Positions 21,175-33,100 of a stretch of DNA of 64,000 nt are shown in pieces (the first letter of the stretch is position 1; each line of letters opens with the position of its first letter). Position numbers and translations under genes: made by a program. The stretch lies in assembly GCA_963815455.1 (NCBI GenBank), contig CAWFGO010000002.1, positions 32,001 through 96,000 of the forward strand, given 5' to 3'. Under the pieces are notes generated by a model. The model searched no databases. It saw only the letters and a list, made by a program, of their open reading frames with translations, and had not been told where the DNA came from. The DNA is from an uncultured Verrucomicrobiae bacterium. Its GTDB lineage: Bacteria > Verrucomicrobiota > Verrucomicrobiia > Chthoniobacterales > UBA10450.

Positions 21175-22890
21175 TCAAATCTCACGCACGACTTCGCTGG
21201 ACTCCTTGTCCTCTCGCAAGCCGAGGAAGACCGGCGCCCGCAATTTTTCATCGCGGGTCCATTCGGCAAATTTGATTTCGCAAACAAAGACCGGATTAAG
21301 CCAGTGCATTTTCTTCATCATTCCGGGCGTGATGTTCTGCGACCATTGCCCGGCGGTCTTGTGCGGAAGATCGACAAATGGGCAATCTTTCCGGCGCTCT
21401 TTCTGAAATTTCTTGTGCAGCATCGACAAGGTTTTTTCCGAGAACCCGGTGCCGACTTTACCAGCAAACTTGAGTTTCTTGTCCTCATAGTAGCCGACCA
21501 AAAGTGCTCCGAAATATTTCCGCGCGCCTTGTGGCGGAGTGTAGCCGCCAATGACAAATTCCTGTTCGTTAACGCATTTGAGTTTGATCCATGCGCCGCT
21601 TCTCCGACCTGGCTCGTAAACTGAATTGCGCTGCTTGCCGATGATTCCTTCCAAGCCGCGCCGCTTCACTTCTTCAAGCAAGGTTCTGGCATCGCCGCCA
21701 ATCGCGCCCGAGTAACGGATAGGGTCCCCTGCCCCGGCACAAAGTTTTTCCAGAACACTCTTCCGCGCTTCCAGCGGGAGCGAGATCAGGCTCTTGCCGT
21801 CGAGTTGGAGAAGATCGAACGCATAAAAATACACAGGCGATTTTCGGCCTTCCATCTCGAACGCCTGCAAGAGTTGAAAAGAGGACCGGCCCTTCTGGTC
21901 GAGCGCAACCACCTCGCCATCGATCACGCATTCCCGGACCGGCAATTCCTTCACTGCCTCAACGATGTCCGGGAACCGCTTGGCCTGTTCGTTCTCGTTT
22001 CGCGACAATAGCGACACTTTCTTGTCGATCTTAACTACGACCAGCCGAATGCCGTCGAACTTGAGCTCATACATCCAATCGCCCTGGCCCGGAGGCGCAT
22101 CGACCAGCTTCGATTTCATGGGCTCGATGAATCGCGCCTTCCCATCAGGTAGGGACAGCTTTCCAAGCTGTCCGTCGACTCCTCTACTTTCTGTATTTCC
22201 TCGGATGCCTCGGAGAGGCGTCCCTACCTTTTTGTCTTTTTTTTTAACCGCCGACCGAATGCGCGCCTTGAATTTCGACGTGGCGCTCGCGTCTTTGTCT
22301 TCGCGCCCCGATTCCCATTCGGCATCGCGATCAGCCGCAATCTGCTTCATGGTGCGGCCGGTCTTGATCGATTGATCGTCAACTCTCTTCGAGGGCGTTT
22401 TGGTGTCCGCTCCGGTTTTCAGGATCAGCCACTGATTTTTCTCGCCGTCGCGGCCGCGTATTCGCACCAATGTCCATTCGCCTTTTGCTTTGTCACCATC
22501 GAGAACGAGATGGACTTTGCCTTCCTTCCATGATTTCACCGGCTGTTCGCCGTAAACGTAATAGTCGCCCCGGTCCCAAAGCATCACGGTGCCGCCGCCA
22601 TACTGACCTTCCGGAATGATCCCTTCAAACGCTTCGTATTCGACCGGGTGATCTTCAACTTCGACGGCGAGATGTTTTTCGCCTCGTTTCCAGGGAAGAC
22701 CTTTCGGCAGGGCCCACGATTTCAAAACGCCTTCCATCCGGAGACGAAAATCGTAATGCAAACGACTGGCATCGTGTTTCTGAATTACGAAACGCGAAGC
22801 CCCGCGCACCGCTTTCGGCAGCGGCTTGCCGCCGGCCGGTTCGGCCGTTTTCCGGAAATCGCGTTTTCGTTTGTATTCGGCGAGGCCCAT
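21175..22890 (-). CDS. ligD: NHEJ DNA ligase D (phosphoesterase + ligase domains, no polymerase domain)
   Basis: YKRKRDF, FVIQKHDASRLHYDFRL, EDHPVEY; ELKFDGIR, EGIIGK, WIKLK. Confidence 0.93.
   Translation of the reverse strand: MGLAEYKRKRDFRKTAEPAGGKPLPKAVRGASRFVIQKHDASRLHYDFRLRMEGVLKSWALPKGLPWKRGEKHLAVEVEDHPVEYEAFEGIIPEGQYGGGTVMLWDRGDYYVYGEQPVKSWKEGKVHLVLDGDKAKGEWTLVRIRGRDGEKNQWLILKTGADTKTPSKRVDDQSIKTGRTMKQIAADRDAEWESGREDKDASATSKFKARIRSAVKKKDKKVGTPLRGIRGNTESRGVDGQLGKLSLPDGKARFIEPMKSKLVDAPPGQGDWMYELKFDGIRLVVVKIDKKVSLLSRNENEQAKRFPDIVEAVKELPVRECVIDGEVVALDQKGRSSFQLLQAFEMEGRKSPVYFYAFDLLQLDGKSLISLPLEARKSVLEKLCAGAGDPIRYSGAIGGDARTLLEEVKRRGLEGIIGKQRNSVYEPGRRSGAWIKLKCVNEQEFVIGGYTPPQGARKYFGALLVGYYEDKKLKFAGKVGTGFSEKTLSMLHKKFQKERRKDCPFVDLPHKTAGQWSQNITPGMMKKMHWLNPVFVCEIKFAEWTRDEKLRAPVFLGLREDKESSEVVREI
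22148..22228. repeat. REP doublet (GGTAGGG...CCCTACC) inserted in frame in the ligD linker
   Basis: 81 bp with two inverted palindromic arms; same family as intergenic 63640..63703. Confidence 0.8.
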
Positions 22891-22904
22891 CAACTTCCAA
22901 GAAT

Positions 22905-22934
22905 AACCACGGATTACGCGGATTTCACGGATTG
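22905..22934. repeat. 9-mer tandem repeat (CACGGATT-like); inverted copy at 55122..55151
   Basis: aaccacggattacgcggatttcacggattg; 28/30 to the reverse complement of 55122..55151. Confidence 0.7.
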
Positions 22935-22954
22935 ATCAGCCAAGATGCTCGCCA

Positions 22955-23566
22955 CTAACCTGCCGACTCGTTCTCGACTGCTTCGCCCATGAGATAACGG
23001 GTGAACCGTCGGATTACGATGTTTTCGCCCAGCTCGGCAATCTTTGCTTTGACGAGGTCGTCGATAGTTTGGTCCGGGTTCTTGATGAATCCCTGTTCGA
23101 GCAGGCAGACCGTGCTGTAAAACTTCTCCAGTTTACCATCGACAATTTTATCCACGACGTTGGCCGGCTTGCCTTTCACCTGCGCCTTGTAGATCTCGCG
23201 CTCGGCTTCGATTAACTGCCCAGGAACCTGTTCCCGGCTGACGTAAAGCGGATGGGCCGCGGCGATGTGCAGGGTGATGTCCTTCACGAACACGCGGAAG
23301 TTTTCGTTCTTGGCCACGAAATCGGTCTCGCAATTCACTTCGACCAGCACGCCGACTTTGCCCTGTTGATGAATGTAAGCGGCGACGATCCCCTCCTTGG
23401 TCGCGCGCGACGCTTTCCTACTGGCGCTGGCAATTCCCTTCGCCCGCAGGATCCCTTCGGCTTTGTCAAAATCGCCGCCGGCCTCGGCCAGGGCGCGTTT
23501 GCAATCCATCATCCCCGCGTTGGTTTTTTCGCGAAGTTTTTTAACCAGTTGTGGATCGATTTCCAT
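22955..23566 (-). CDS. tsf: Elongation factor Ts (short form)
   Basis: LREKTNAGMMDCKRAL, EVNCETDFVA. Confidence 0.97.
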   Translation of the reverse strand: MEIDPQLVKKLREKTNAGMMDCKRALAEAGGDFDKAEGILRAKGIASASRKASRATKEGIVAAYIHQQGKVGVLVEVNCETDFVAKNENFRVFVKDITLHIAAAHPLYVSREQVPGQLIEAEREIYKAQVKGKPANVVDKIVDGKLEKFYSTVCLLEQGFIKNPDQTIDDLVKAKIAELGENIVIRRFTRYLMGEAVENESAG

Positions 23567-23637
23567 GGAAGAAAAAATGTGGAGAAGAAAGCGTTCTTGA
23601 GAGTCTGCTCAACTCCTCAACAACTCTACCGTCTCCG

Positions 23638-24369
23638 CTAGGCGGAGACTCCCGCCATCTCGACTTGGTCGCGGATGCGCGCCTCGTTGCTGGCCGAAAC
23701 GATCGCGTCCACGAGTTTTTGCAGGATGACGCGGATCGCGCGAATGGCGTCGTCGTTTCCGGCAATAGGATAATCGATCATTTCCGGATCGGCGTTGGTA
23801 TCGACGATGGCCACGACCGGAATGCTGAGCCGGCGCGCCTCGAGGACGGCGTTTTGCTCACGGAGAGTGTCGATGATGACAATCGCGTCGGGCAATTTGT
23901 CCATCTCGAGGATGCCCTCGAGATTGCGGCGCAGTTTGGCCGCTTCGCGATTGAGGGCAGCCAGCTCCTGTTTGCCCATTTTCTTGTAATCGGGCGATTG
24001 CTCGATCTGCTCGATAAATTTCAAGCGGCCGATGCTCTTGCGGATGGTGGTGAGATTGGTAAGCGTGCCGCCGAGCCAACGCTGATTAACATAAAATTGT
24101 CCGCAGGCGACCGCCGCTTCCTTGATCGCTTCTTGGGCCTGCTTCTTGCAACCAACGAACAAAATCTTGCCGCCGCGCCGGGCCACATCCTGGAGAAACT
24201 CGGTGGCGCGGCGAAGCTGCACCACGGTTTCATCGAGATTGATGATGTAAATCTGATTGCGCTGTTCGAAAATGAACGGCTTCATCTTCGGGTTCCAGCG
24301 TTTGGTCTGGTGACCAAAATGGACGCCCGCTTCCAACAATTCGGGTACTAATTCAACTGTATTTGCCAT
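23638..24369 (-). CDS. rpsB: 30S ribosomal protein S2
   Basis: LLEAGVHFGHQTKRWNPKM, RWLGGTLTN, GNDDAIRAI. Confidence 0.98.
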   Translation of the reverse strand: MANTVELVPELLEAGVHFGHQTKRWNPKMKPFIFEQRNQIYIINLDETVVQLRRATEFLQDVARRGGKILFVGCKKQAQEAIKEAAVACGQFYVNQRWLGGTLTNLTTIRKSIGRLKFIEQIEQSPDYKKMGKQELAALNREAAKLRRNLEGILEMDKLPDAIVIIDTLREQNAVLEARRLSIPVVAIVDTNADPEMIDYPIAGNDDAIRAIRVILQKLVDAIVSASNEARIRDQVEMAGVSA

Positions 24370-24513
24370 AGAGAAAAATCGCGCCGGCCGAGCTTCGACC
24401 GGCGGAGCGGGAAGATGCTACAGGGGGAGAGAGATGGCAAATCCAATTTCAACTGAGATTCGCGGCCTGACTGCCGACCGGGCAATGGCCATTAGGACGT
24501 TAAGCAAAGGCGA

Positions 24514-25359
24514 TCAGCGGTGGAAAAGACTATCCACGCGGATGTTCACCCGCAAGGTGACCTGATCCTCGCAAAGATCGACATGAGTCGAATGGACCAT
24601 GAACTTCGAGTCCCCGGCAAAATCGAAGTTTTGGCTGCCAAACGAGGTGTGCCGATACTCGGCGCCAATGCTCACCGCATCGGACACCGCGAACTCGGCG
24701 CCGCCGCCGGCCGTCCAGCCCGCCACGACCGTGTCGTCGCTGGAGCTCTGCTCGCCAGGTGAAGTGGGCGAATAAAAATCGACTGCTTCGACATTGATAT
24801 TGGAAATGGCCAAACCACCGGTGCCGTAAAAGAGAATGCGCCCCCAAGCATAACCCAGACGAACCCGTCCGGTGAGCAGCCAATCGCTTGAGGCCGAGCG
24901 CTTGGCCGAAAGCCCCTCCACATCCAGCAGGTCCGAATGCAGGGTGAAGGTCTTCCAGGTGTTGAGCGACAGACCAGCCGCATCGCCTTCCACGCCCAAA
25001 ACAAAACTGCCAAACTGCCGATTGTAGCCGGCCTGCACTCCCCCAACAAAATCGCCACCATTACTCGCATTAAAAGCCGGAACTTCTATCGTGACGATGA
25101 CCGGGAGCGGCTCGGGCCCGTCACCCACCACACGCGGACCACGCAAGGTCACATCCACCGACGAATCCCCAAAACCGTAATCTCCCCAGATACCGCCGGC
25201 ATGTCCTCCAAAATAGAAACCGCTCCAGTTTAGCAGTGCCGACCCTTTTTGAGCAGGAGGAGAGATCGGTCCATCTGCCCGAACCGTCTCAACGGATGAT
25301 ATCGCAGCCAGTAATCCCACGACCAGGGCGGGCCAACAAAAGCGTCTGTTCCAGTTCAT
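24514..25359 (-). CDS. Outer membrane beta-barrel protein (Omp25/Omp31-like)
   Basis: NWSGFYFGGHAG, GVQAGYN, GRVRLGYA, GWTAGGGAE. Confidence 0.85.
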   Translation of the reverse strand: MNWNRRFCWPALVVGLLAAISSVETVRADGPISPPAQKGSALLNWSGFYFGGHAGGIWGDYGFGDSSVDVTLRGPRVVGDGPEPLPVIVTIEVPAFNASNGGDFVGGVQAGYNRQFGSFVLGVEGDAAGLSLNTWKTFTLHSDLLDVEGLSAKRSASSDWLLTGRVRLGYAWGRILFYGTGGLAISNINVEAVDFYSPTSPGEQSSSDDTVVAGWTAGGGAEFAVSDAVSIGAEYRHTSFGSQNFDFAGDSKFMVHSTHVDLCEDQVTLRVNIRVDSLFHR

Positions 25360-25426
25360 TGATTGTTTGGCGATAGTGCCAAGTCGGACAAGTGCCAGAA
25401 AGCCTGCCAATGCACAACAACAAAAT

Positions 25427-25978
25427 TTAGGGCCCCGCGGCGCCAGGGGGCGGCTTTTCCACGTGACGGGCCAGGACCCAGCAAAAATCGGAGAGCCGAT
25501 TGAGGTAGCGGACGATCTCCGGGTTAAAATCTTTTTCTTCCTCCATTAGGACGGCCACCCGGCGCTCAGCGCGTCGGCAAGTCGTCCTGGCGAAATCGAG
25601 CGCAGCGGAAAGACCGGTCTTGCCCGGAATCACCCAATCTTTCGGGTAAAGCGATTTGTCCTTTTCGAGATCGACAATCTCCCCGGTCAGGCGTTCGACC
25701 ATCGGAGCAGTCGTAAGCTGAAATCCATCTTTGACGTAGCGTTGTCGATCCTGCGGGTCGGTCGCCAGTTCGCCCATCACAATGATCAGATCCTTCTGGG
25801 CGGCCAGGATTCGGTCGTAAACGAACTGCTCCTGGCAAACGGACCGGGCCAGACCAAGCGCCGCCGTCAGTTCGTCCACGCACCCATAGGCATCGACCCG
25901 AGGATGACTCTTCGAAACGCGCCGTCCATACATCAGCGAGGTTTCCCCCTGATCGCCCGTTTTGGTGACGATCGACAT
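25427..25978 (-). CDS. Cob(I)alamin adenosyltransferase (PduO type)
   Basis: IVTKTGDQGET, AYGCVDEL, RTTCRRAER, YLNRLSD. Confidence 0.93.
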   Translation of the reverse strand: MSIVTKTGDQGETSLMYGRRVSKSHPRVDAYGCVDELTAALGLARSVCQEQFVYDRILAAQKDLIIVMGELATDPQDRQRYVKDGFQLTTAPMVERLTGEIVDLEKDKSLYPKDWVIPGKTGLSAALDFARTTCRRAERRVAVLMEEEKDFNPEIVRYLNRLSDFCWVLARHVEKPPPGAAGP

Positions 25979-26007
25979 CGGACGAATTGCAGGGCCCTAC
26001 AGAATCA

Positions 26008-29000
26008 TCACCCGATCGCCGGCTGCGGCTCGGCCTCCTCCATCACGGGAGCGCCGATCGGTTCGCCTTTCTCAACCAGCTTGATCTCACGATGGGCATG
26101 GAATCCCGTGCCCGCCGGAATCAAGTGACCCATGATCACGTTCTCCTTAAAGCCGCGGAGCCTGTCGATCTTCCCAAGCGTAGCCGCTTCGGTGAGCACG
26201 CGTGTCGTATCCTGGAAGGACGCCGCCGAAATAAAGCTGTCGGTCTCGAGCGAAGCCTTGGTAATGCCGAGCAGCACTGGAACGGCTTCCGCCGGCTTTC
26301 CGCCCTTCTCGACGACCTTGCTGTTTTCCTGCTCGAAATCGAGCTTGTCCACCTGATCGCCCCAGAGCAGCGAAGTGTCGCCCGGATCGGTGATCTTCAC
26401 CTTGCGCAACATCTGCCGAACAATGATCTCGATGTGCTTGTCGTTAATCTCGACCCCTTGGAGCCGATAAACTTCCTGCACTTCGTTGACCAAATGTTCC
26501 TGCAAATCCTGCGGTCCGCAGACCTCGAGAATTTCGTGGGGAACAACCGGTCCTTCGGTGAGCTGCTGCCCCTTCTTCACAAAATCGCCCTTGAAAACGA
26601 TCACGTGCTTCGTCATCGAAATGAGATGCTCTTCCTCGGCTCCCGTTTTCGCGTCCTTTAGAATAAGACGTCGCTTCCCGCGAGCCGTGCCGCCCATTTC
26701 GACGATCCCGTCGATCTTGGCAATCTCGGCCGCGTCTTTGGGACGGCGCGCCTCGAATAACTCGGCCACGCGCGGCAAACCACCCGTGATATCCTTGGTC
26801 TTGGCCACTTTGCGCGGCGTCTTGGCCAGCAATGCGCCTCCGCGAACTTTTTGTCCTTCTTCGACAATAACGTGCGCGCCGGCGGGAATGGAATAACTCG
26901 ATAGCACTTCCTTCTTGTCGCCCACAATGACGATCTGCGGATGCAAGTCTTCCTTGTGCTCGATGATGACCGTCCCCATCAGGCCGGTCGCTTCATCGAC
27001 ATCGCGCTTGATCGTGACTCCGGCAATCATGTCGCGGAATTCGATCTTGCCGCTCTTGTCGGTGAGAATCGGCACATTGTACGGATCCCACTGAACGAAC
27101 GTCTCGGCTTTCTTGACCTGGCCACCATCTTTGGTGGTGATGACCGAGCCAATGACAATGTTATAGCGCTCCAATTCGCGGCCGTCTTTGCCGTGAATGC
27201 CGACCGAACCGTTCTTGTTGAGCACGATCCAGTTGCCTTCGAGCGACTCGACCACGCGAAGATCGTTGTAACGAACTTCGCCGTCGTTCTTCGCTTTAAT
27301 GATGGGCTGCTTGAACGTCTGGCTGGCCGTGCCGCCGATGTGGAACGTCCGCATCGTCAGCTGCGTTCCGGGTTCGCCAATCGATTGAGCAGCGATGATC
27401 CCCACCGCTTCGCCCAGCTTCACGAATTGACCGGTCGCGAGGTTGCGTCCGTAGCACATCGCGCAAACACCGCGGCCGCATTCGCACGTGAGCACCGAGC
27501 GAATTTTCAGACTCTCCACTCCGATGCGCTGCAGATCCGCCGCCGTTTTTTCGTCGATGAGCTGGTTCGCTTTAACAATTTTTTTCTTCTTTTCAACCGG
27601 GTCCGCGATCGTTTCGCAACTGACCCGACCGATGATGCGCTGGGCAAGATCGACAACTTCCTCGTCGCCCTCGTAGATCGAACGCACTTCGATGCCGTTG
27701 ACCGTGCCGCAGTCCGGTTCGTTGATGATCACGTCCTGGGCTGCGTCTACCAACTTGCGTGTGAGATAACCGGAGTCCGCCGTCTTGAGCGCCGTATCGG
27801 CCAGACCTTTGCGGGCGCCGTGAGTAGAAATGAAGTACTCGAGCACGCTCAATCCTTCGCGGAAGTTGGACGTGATCGGGCGTTCGATAATTTCGCCGCT
27901 CGGCTTGGCCATCAAACCGCGCATACCGGCGAGCTGACGAACCTGTTGCCGGTTTCCGCGCGCGCCGGAATCAACCATCAGGAAGACCGGATTCAATTCC
28001 TTGCGGCCCTCGTTGTGTTCGAGAGTGCGGAACATCACGCTGGAGATTTCGTCGCCGGCATGAGTCCAGATGTCGATGATCTTATTGTAACGCTCGCCGT
28101 CGGTAATGATGCCCTTGCGATATTGCTGCTCGACCAAACGGATTTGCTTGTAGGCGTTTTCCAGTTCCGTCTGTTTCTCCTTGGGAATAATCATGTCCGA
28201 TATCCCAATCGAGATTCCGGCCTTGGTCGCTTCGGTGAAGCCCAACTCTTTCAATTTGTCGAGGGTCGCGACCGTTTCGGCCGGGCCCGCAACCTGGTAG
28301 CAACGCCAGATAATGTCGCTCAGCTGTTTCTTGCCCGCGGCCTTGTTGAAAAATCCCAGCTCCTTCGGCCAGATCTCGTTGAAAATAACGCGGCCGGCCG
28401 TCGTCTCGATGATTTTGAGATCTCCGTTCCCATTGAGCGTTTGTTTGCCAAAATCGGGATTCTTTAATCGGATGCGGTCGTGCGTCCGGACGGACCCCTG
28501 GCTCATGGCGAACTCCACTTCGGTGGCATCGCCAAATAGCGGAAGGCGCTGGCCGTCCTTGATCTGTCCGCGCGGATTTTGGGTCAGATAATAACAACCG
28601 AGCGTAATGTCTTGCGACGGCGTGGTGATTGGTTTGCCGCTCGACGGCGAGAAAATATTGTTCGGCGCGAGCATCAGCATGCGCGCTTCCAATTGCGCCT
28701 CGACCGATAGCGGCACGTGCACCGCCATTTGGTCGCCGTCGAAGTCCGCGTTGTAAGCGGTACAGACCAGCGGGTGAATGCGAATCGCTTCGCCCTCGAT
28801 CAATTGCGGCTCGAAAGCCTGGATCGACAATCGATGCAGCGTCGGTGCGCGATTGAGCAGCACCGGATGCCCGCGCGTTACTTCATCGAGAATGTCCCAC
28901 ACCTCCGGTGTCTGGCGCTCGATCATTTTTTTCGCGCTGCGCACCGTGTGGACGTAGCCGAGGTCTTTCAGCCGACGAATGATGAACGGCTCGAACAACA

Positions 29001-30126
29001 CGAGCGCCATCTTCTTCGGCAAGCCGCACTGATGCAGTTTCAACTCCGGACCGATAACGATGACCGAGCGGCCCGAGTAATCGACGCGCTTGCCCAACAA
29101 ATTCTGACGGAAGCGTCCGCCCTTGCCCTTGAGCATATCGCTAAGGGATTTGAGCGGGCGATTGCCCGCGCCGGTGACGGCGCGGCCGTGCCGACCATTG
29201 TCGAACAACGCGTCCACCGCTTCTTGCAACATGCGCTTTTCGTTGCGAATGATGACGTCGGGCGTCTTGAGCAAAAGCAGGTTTTTAAGCCGGTTGTTGC
29301 GGTTGATCACACGGCGATAAAGATCATTCAGGTCCGACGTGGCAAATCGACCGCCTTCCAGCGGAACGAGCGGACGCAAATCCGGCGGGATAACCGGGAG
29401 AACATCGAGAATCATCCACTCCGGCCGGGCGTGTGAGTTCATGAAGCCCTGGCAAAGCTTCAGGCGTTTCGCCAGTTTCTTGCGAATTTGTTTGCTCTTG
29501 GTCGCGCCCATCGCTTTATCGAGCTCTTTGTTGAGCTTGTTCAACTCGATCTCGCTCAGAAGTTTTTTGATTCCTTCCGCGCCCATGCCGGCCACGAAAT
29601 CTTCGCCATACTGTTCCTGCGCTTCGCGATATTCGCTCTCGTTCAAGAGCTGCGTTCTTTGCAGCGGAGTCTTGCCCGGATCGATGACGATGTAGTCCTC
29701 GTAATAGATGATGCGCTCGAGCTGGCGCGCGCTCATGTCGAGCATCAGCCCGATGCGCGACGGCATGCACTTGTAAAACCAGATGTGCGAAACCGGCACT
29801 GCCAGTTCGATGTGCCCCATCCGTTCCCGGCGGACTCGGGCCAAAGTAACCTCGACGCCGCAACGATCGCAGATGACGCCCTTATGCTTGATCCGCTTAT
29901 ATTTACCGCATGAACATTCCCAATCGCGCGTCGGTCCAAAAATGCGTTCGCAAAACAGACCGCCCTTTTCCGGTTTGAAAGTCCGGTAATTAATCGTCTC
30001 CGGATTTTTTACTTCACCCTTGCTCCAGGACCGCATCGTGTCGCTCGAAGCAACTCCGATTGCAACCTGATCAAAACCCACGGCCCGTTCTTCGCCTACT
30101 AACTCACGCCAGGAATGTTCGTTCAT
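26008..30126 (-). CDS. rpoC: RNA polymerase beta-prime subunit
   Basis: [26 protein letters not shown]. Confidence 0.99.
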   Translation of the reverse strand: MNEHSWRELVGEERAVGFDQVAIGVASSDTMRSWSKGEVKNPETINYRTFKPEKGGLFCERIFGPTRDWECSCGKYKRIKHKGVICDRCGVEVTLARVRRERMGHIELAVPVSHIWFYKCMPSRIGLMLDMSARQLERIIYYEDYIVIDPGKTPLQRTQLLNESEYREAQEQYGEDFVAGMGAEGIKKLLSEIELNKLNKELDKAMGATKSKQIRKKLAKRLKLCQGFMNSHARPEWMILDVLPVIPPDLRPLVPLEGGRFATSDLNDLYRRVINRNNRLKNLLLLKTPDVIIRNEKRMLQEAVDALFDNGRHGRAVTGAGNRPLKSLSDMLKGKGGRFRQNLLGKRVDYSGRSVIVIGPELKLHQCGLPKKMALVLFEPFIIRRLKDLGYVHTVRSAKKMIERQTPEVWDILDEVTRGHPVLLNRAPTLHRLSIQAFEPQLIEGEAIRIHPLVCTAYNADFDGDQMAVHVPLSVEAQLEARMLMLAPNNIFSPSSGKPITTPSQDITLGCYYLTQNPRGQIKDGQRLPLFGDATEVEFAMSQGSVRTHDRIRLKNPDFGKQTLNGNGDLKIIETTAGRVIFNEIWPKELGFFNKAAGKKQLSDIIWRCYQVAGPAETVATLDKLKELGFTEATKAGISIGISDMIIPKEKQTELENAYKQIRLVEQQYRKGIITDGERYNKIIDIWTHAGDEISSVMFRTLEHNEGRKELNPVFLMVDSGARGNRQQVRQLAGMRGLMAKPSGEIIERPITSNFREGLSVLEYFISTHGARKGLADTALKTADSGYLTRKLVDAAQDVIINEPDCGTVNGIEVRSIYEGDEEVVDLAQRIIGRVSCETIADPVEKKKKIVKANQLIDEKTAADLQRIGVESLKIRSVLTCECGRGVCAMCYGRNLATGQFVKLGEAVGIIAAQSIGEPGTQLTMRTFHIGGTASQTFKQPIIKAKNDGEVRYNDLRVVESLEGNWIVLNKNGSVGIHGKDGRELERYNIVIGSVITTKDGGQVKKAETFVQWDPYNVPILTDKSGKIEFRDMIAGVTIKRDVDEATGLMGTVIIEHKEDLHPQIVIVGDKKEVLSSYSIPAGAHVIVEEGQKVRGGALLAKTPRKVAKTKDITGGLPRVAELFEARRPKDAAEIAKIDGIVEMGGTARGKRRLILKDAKTGAEEEHLISMTKHVIVFKGDFVKKGQQLTEGPVVPHEILEVCGPQDLQEHLVNEVQEVYRLQGVEINDKHIEIIVRQMLRKVKITDPGDTSLLWGDQVDKLDFEQENSKVVEKGGKPAEAVPVLLGITKASLETDSFISAASFQDTTRVLTEAATLGKIDRLRGFKENVIMGHLIPAGTGFHAHREIKLVEKGEPIGAPVMEEAEPQPAIG

Positions 30127-30196
30127 GATTATTTATTCTGATTGCTTGCTCGCCGTAGGTCGCCGCGGCGACCGAAGGCGGGTCGATCTAAAATTG

Positions 30197-33100
30197 TTAA
30201 GCCACATTCTCCAGGAAAGCGCTCGGCGCCTGGCTGCCGACTTTTACGTCGAGGCCAAGGCTCTGCATTTCCTTGATTAACACGTTGAAAGATTCGGGTG
30301 TGCCCGCTTCGAGCGAGTTGTCGCCCTTGACGATGGATTCGTAAATCCGCGTGCGTCCCTGCACGTCGTCGGATTTCACCGTGAGCAATTCCTGCAAGGT
30401 GTAAGCCGCGCCGTAGGCTTCCATTGCCCAGACTTCCATTTCGCCGAAGCGCTGCCCGCCGTATTGGGCTTTACCGCCCAGCGGCTGCTGCGTCACCAGC
30501 GAGTAAGGCCCGACCGCTCGCGCATGGATCTTGTCGGCCACCAAGTGGCCAAGCTTCATCATATAAATGTAGCCAACCACGACCTCCTGATCGAAGGCAT
30601 CTCCCGTGCGACCATCGAACAACCGCGCTTTGCCGGTCTCCTGCACCCAGGCGAACCCTTCTTTCTTGCGCGCTTCCTTGAGATAGCTGCGGATTTTCTC
30701 CTCCTTGATGCCGTCGAAAACCGGCGTCGCGACCTTGAATCCCAGCGCCTTGGCGGCAACGCCAAGGTGCGTCTCGAGAACCTGACCGACGTTCATTCGG
30801 CTCGGCACGCCCAGAGGATTAAGCACGATTTCCACCGGCGTCCCGTCCGCCAGGAACGGCATGTCTTCTTCAGGAACAATGCGCGCCACCACGCCTTTGT
30901 TCCCGTGCCGTCCGGCCATCTTGTCGCCCACACTCAATTTGCGTTTGCTGGCGATGTAAACCTTGACCTGCTTGATGATGCCAGGATCGATATCATCCCC
31001 GCTCTCCACCCGGTCCATTGCTCGTTCCCGCTCCAGTTCGAGCTCGGCGAACTTGTGTTCGTAGGAAGCGATGATTTCCCGTATCTTATTTCGAATCGGG
31101 CTCGGATCGATCTCGATGTGATCGTAAACATTGGCCAGTTTGCGCAACAGCGTTTTGGTGATTTTGCGATTGGCCGGGATGATGATCTCGCCCGTCTCGG
31201 CGTTGACCACGTCGAGCGGAATTTTTTCGCCCAACAAAATATTTGAAAGCGCGTCGGTCAGTTGCTCAGTCAGCTCCTCTTTCTTGCGCTTGTTTTCTTC
31301 CGCGATCGACTTGAGCTGCCGTTTGGTCTCTGTGGGCGTAAGTTTTTCCCGAGCGACTTCGCGACGCGAGGAAACCTTCACATCCATCACGATGCCGTAG
31401 GTCCCGGACGGAACCGTCAGGGATGTGTCTTTCACGTCAGCTGCTTTTTCGCCGAAAATCGCGCGAAGCAGGCGCTCTTCCGGCGCCAGTTCGGTCTCGC
31501 TCTTAGGCGTAATTTTGCCCACGAGAATGTCGCCCGGCTTAACTTCTGCGCCGACCCGCACCACTCCGTCCGATCCGAGATTGCGCAAAGCTTCTTCACT
31601 GACGTTGGGAATGTCGCGCGTGATTTCTTCCGGACCGAGCTTGGTATCTCGGGCGCCGATCTCGAACTCGTCGATGTGAATCGAGGTGTAAATGTCCTCT
31701 TTCACGACCTTTTCCGAGATCATGATCGCGTCCTCGAAGTTGTAACCGTTCCACGGCATGAAGGCCACGAGCACGTTGCGGCCGAGGGCGAGCTCGCCCT
31801 GATCGGTATTCGGGCCGTCAGCGATGACCTGCCCCTTCTTCACATGCTGGCCTTTGTGCACAATCGGTTTTTGATTGATGCAGGTGCCGGCATTCGAACG
31901 CATGAACTTCCGCAGTTCGTAAACGTGAATTCCTTCTTCAAGATCCGTCTTTAGTTTCCGCTTCCCTTCGGGCATATGCCCATCCTTGGTCACCACGATC
32001 TGATCCGCCGTGACGGACGCGACCTTGCCGCTCTCGGTTGAGAGAAGAACGGCGTGCGAATCGCGCGCTACCTTCGCCTCCAGACCGGTGCCGACCAACG
32101 GCGCTTCGGAAACAATCAACGGCACGCCCTGGCGCTGCATGTTGGAACCCATGAGCGCGCGATTGGCATCATCGTGCTCCAGGAACGGAACCAGCCCCGC
32201 CGCCACCGAAACCAGCTGCTTGGGCGAAACATCCATGTAATGGACCTTCGACGGCTCGACTTCCAAAAAGTCGCCGCGGTAACGGACCGAAACTTTTTCG
32301 CCGGTGAAATGTCGGCGCCCGTCAATCGGCGCATTGGCCTGGGCAACGAGATAATTTTCTTCGCGATCGCCAGTGAGATAATCGATCTCGTCGGTGACCC
32401 GGCCGTTGTGCACCTTCTGGTACGGCGTCTCGATAAATCCAAATTCGTTGATCCGCGCGAAAGTCGACATCGAGCTGATCAGACCGATGTTCGGACCTTC
32501 CGGCGTCTCGATCGGACAAATCCGTCCGTAATGCGACGGATGAACGTCGCGCACTTCGAATCCGGCGCGATCCCGGCTTAGACCGCCAGGCCCGAGCGCC
32601 GACAAACGTCGTTTATGGGTCAACTCCGCCAGCGGATTGGTCTGGTCCATGAACTGCGACAACTGCGAGCGGCCGAAGAAATCGCGAATCACCGCGCTCA
32701 GCGCTTTCGGGTTGATCAGCTTTTGCGGCGTCATCCCGTCCACGTTGATGTCGAACAATGTCATGCGCTCTTTCACCAGGCGCTCGGTCCGAGCCAGGCC
32801 CACCCGGCATTGATTGGCCAGCAATTCGCCCACGGTGCGCACGCGACGGCTTCCCAAATGATCGATATCGTCCAAAGTGCCTTCGCCCCGGCGCAGATTG
32901 ACCAAATATTTGATCGCACCGATGAAATCCTTGTCGGTCAAAATCCGCTCGCCAAGATCGACATCGATGCTGAGTTTCTGATTGATCTTGTAGCGACCGA
33001 CCCGGCCCAAATCGTATTTTTTCGAATCGAAAAAGAGCCGTTTGAGCAAGGCCCTCGCATTCGCCACCGTGGGCGGATCGCCAGGACGCAGCTTGCGATA

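Noticed and set aside
24381..24405. Hairpin upstream of rpsB as an S2 leader RNA
   Set aside because: The stem is visible, but I could not match conserved S2-leader features, so it is not called.
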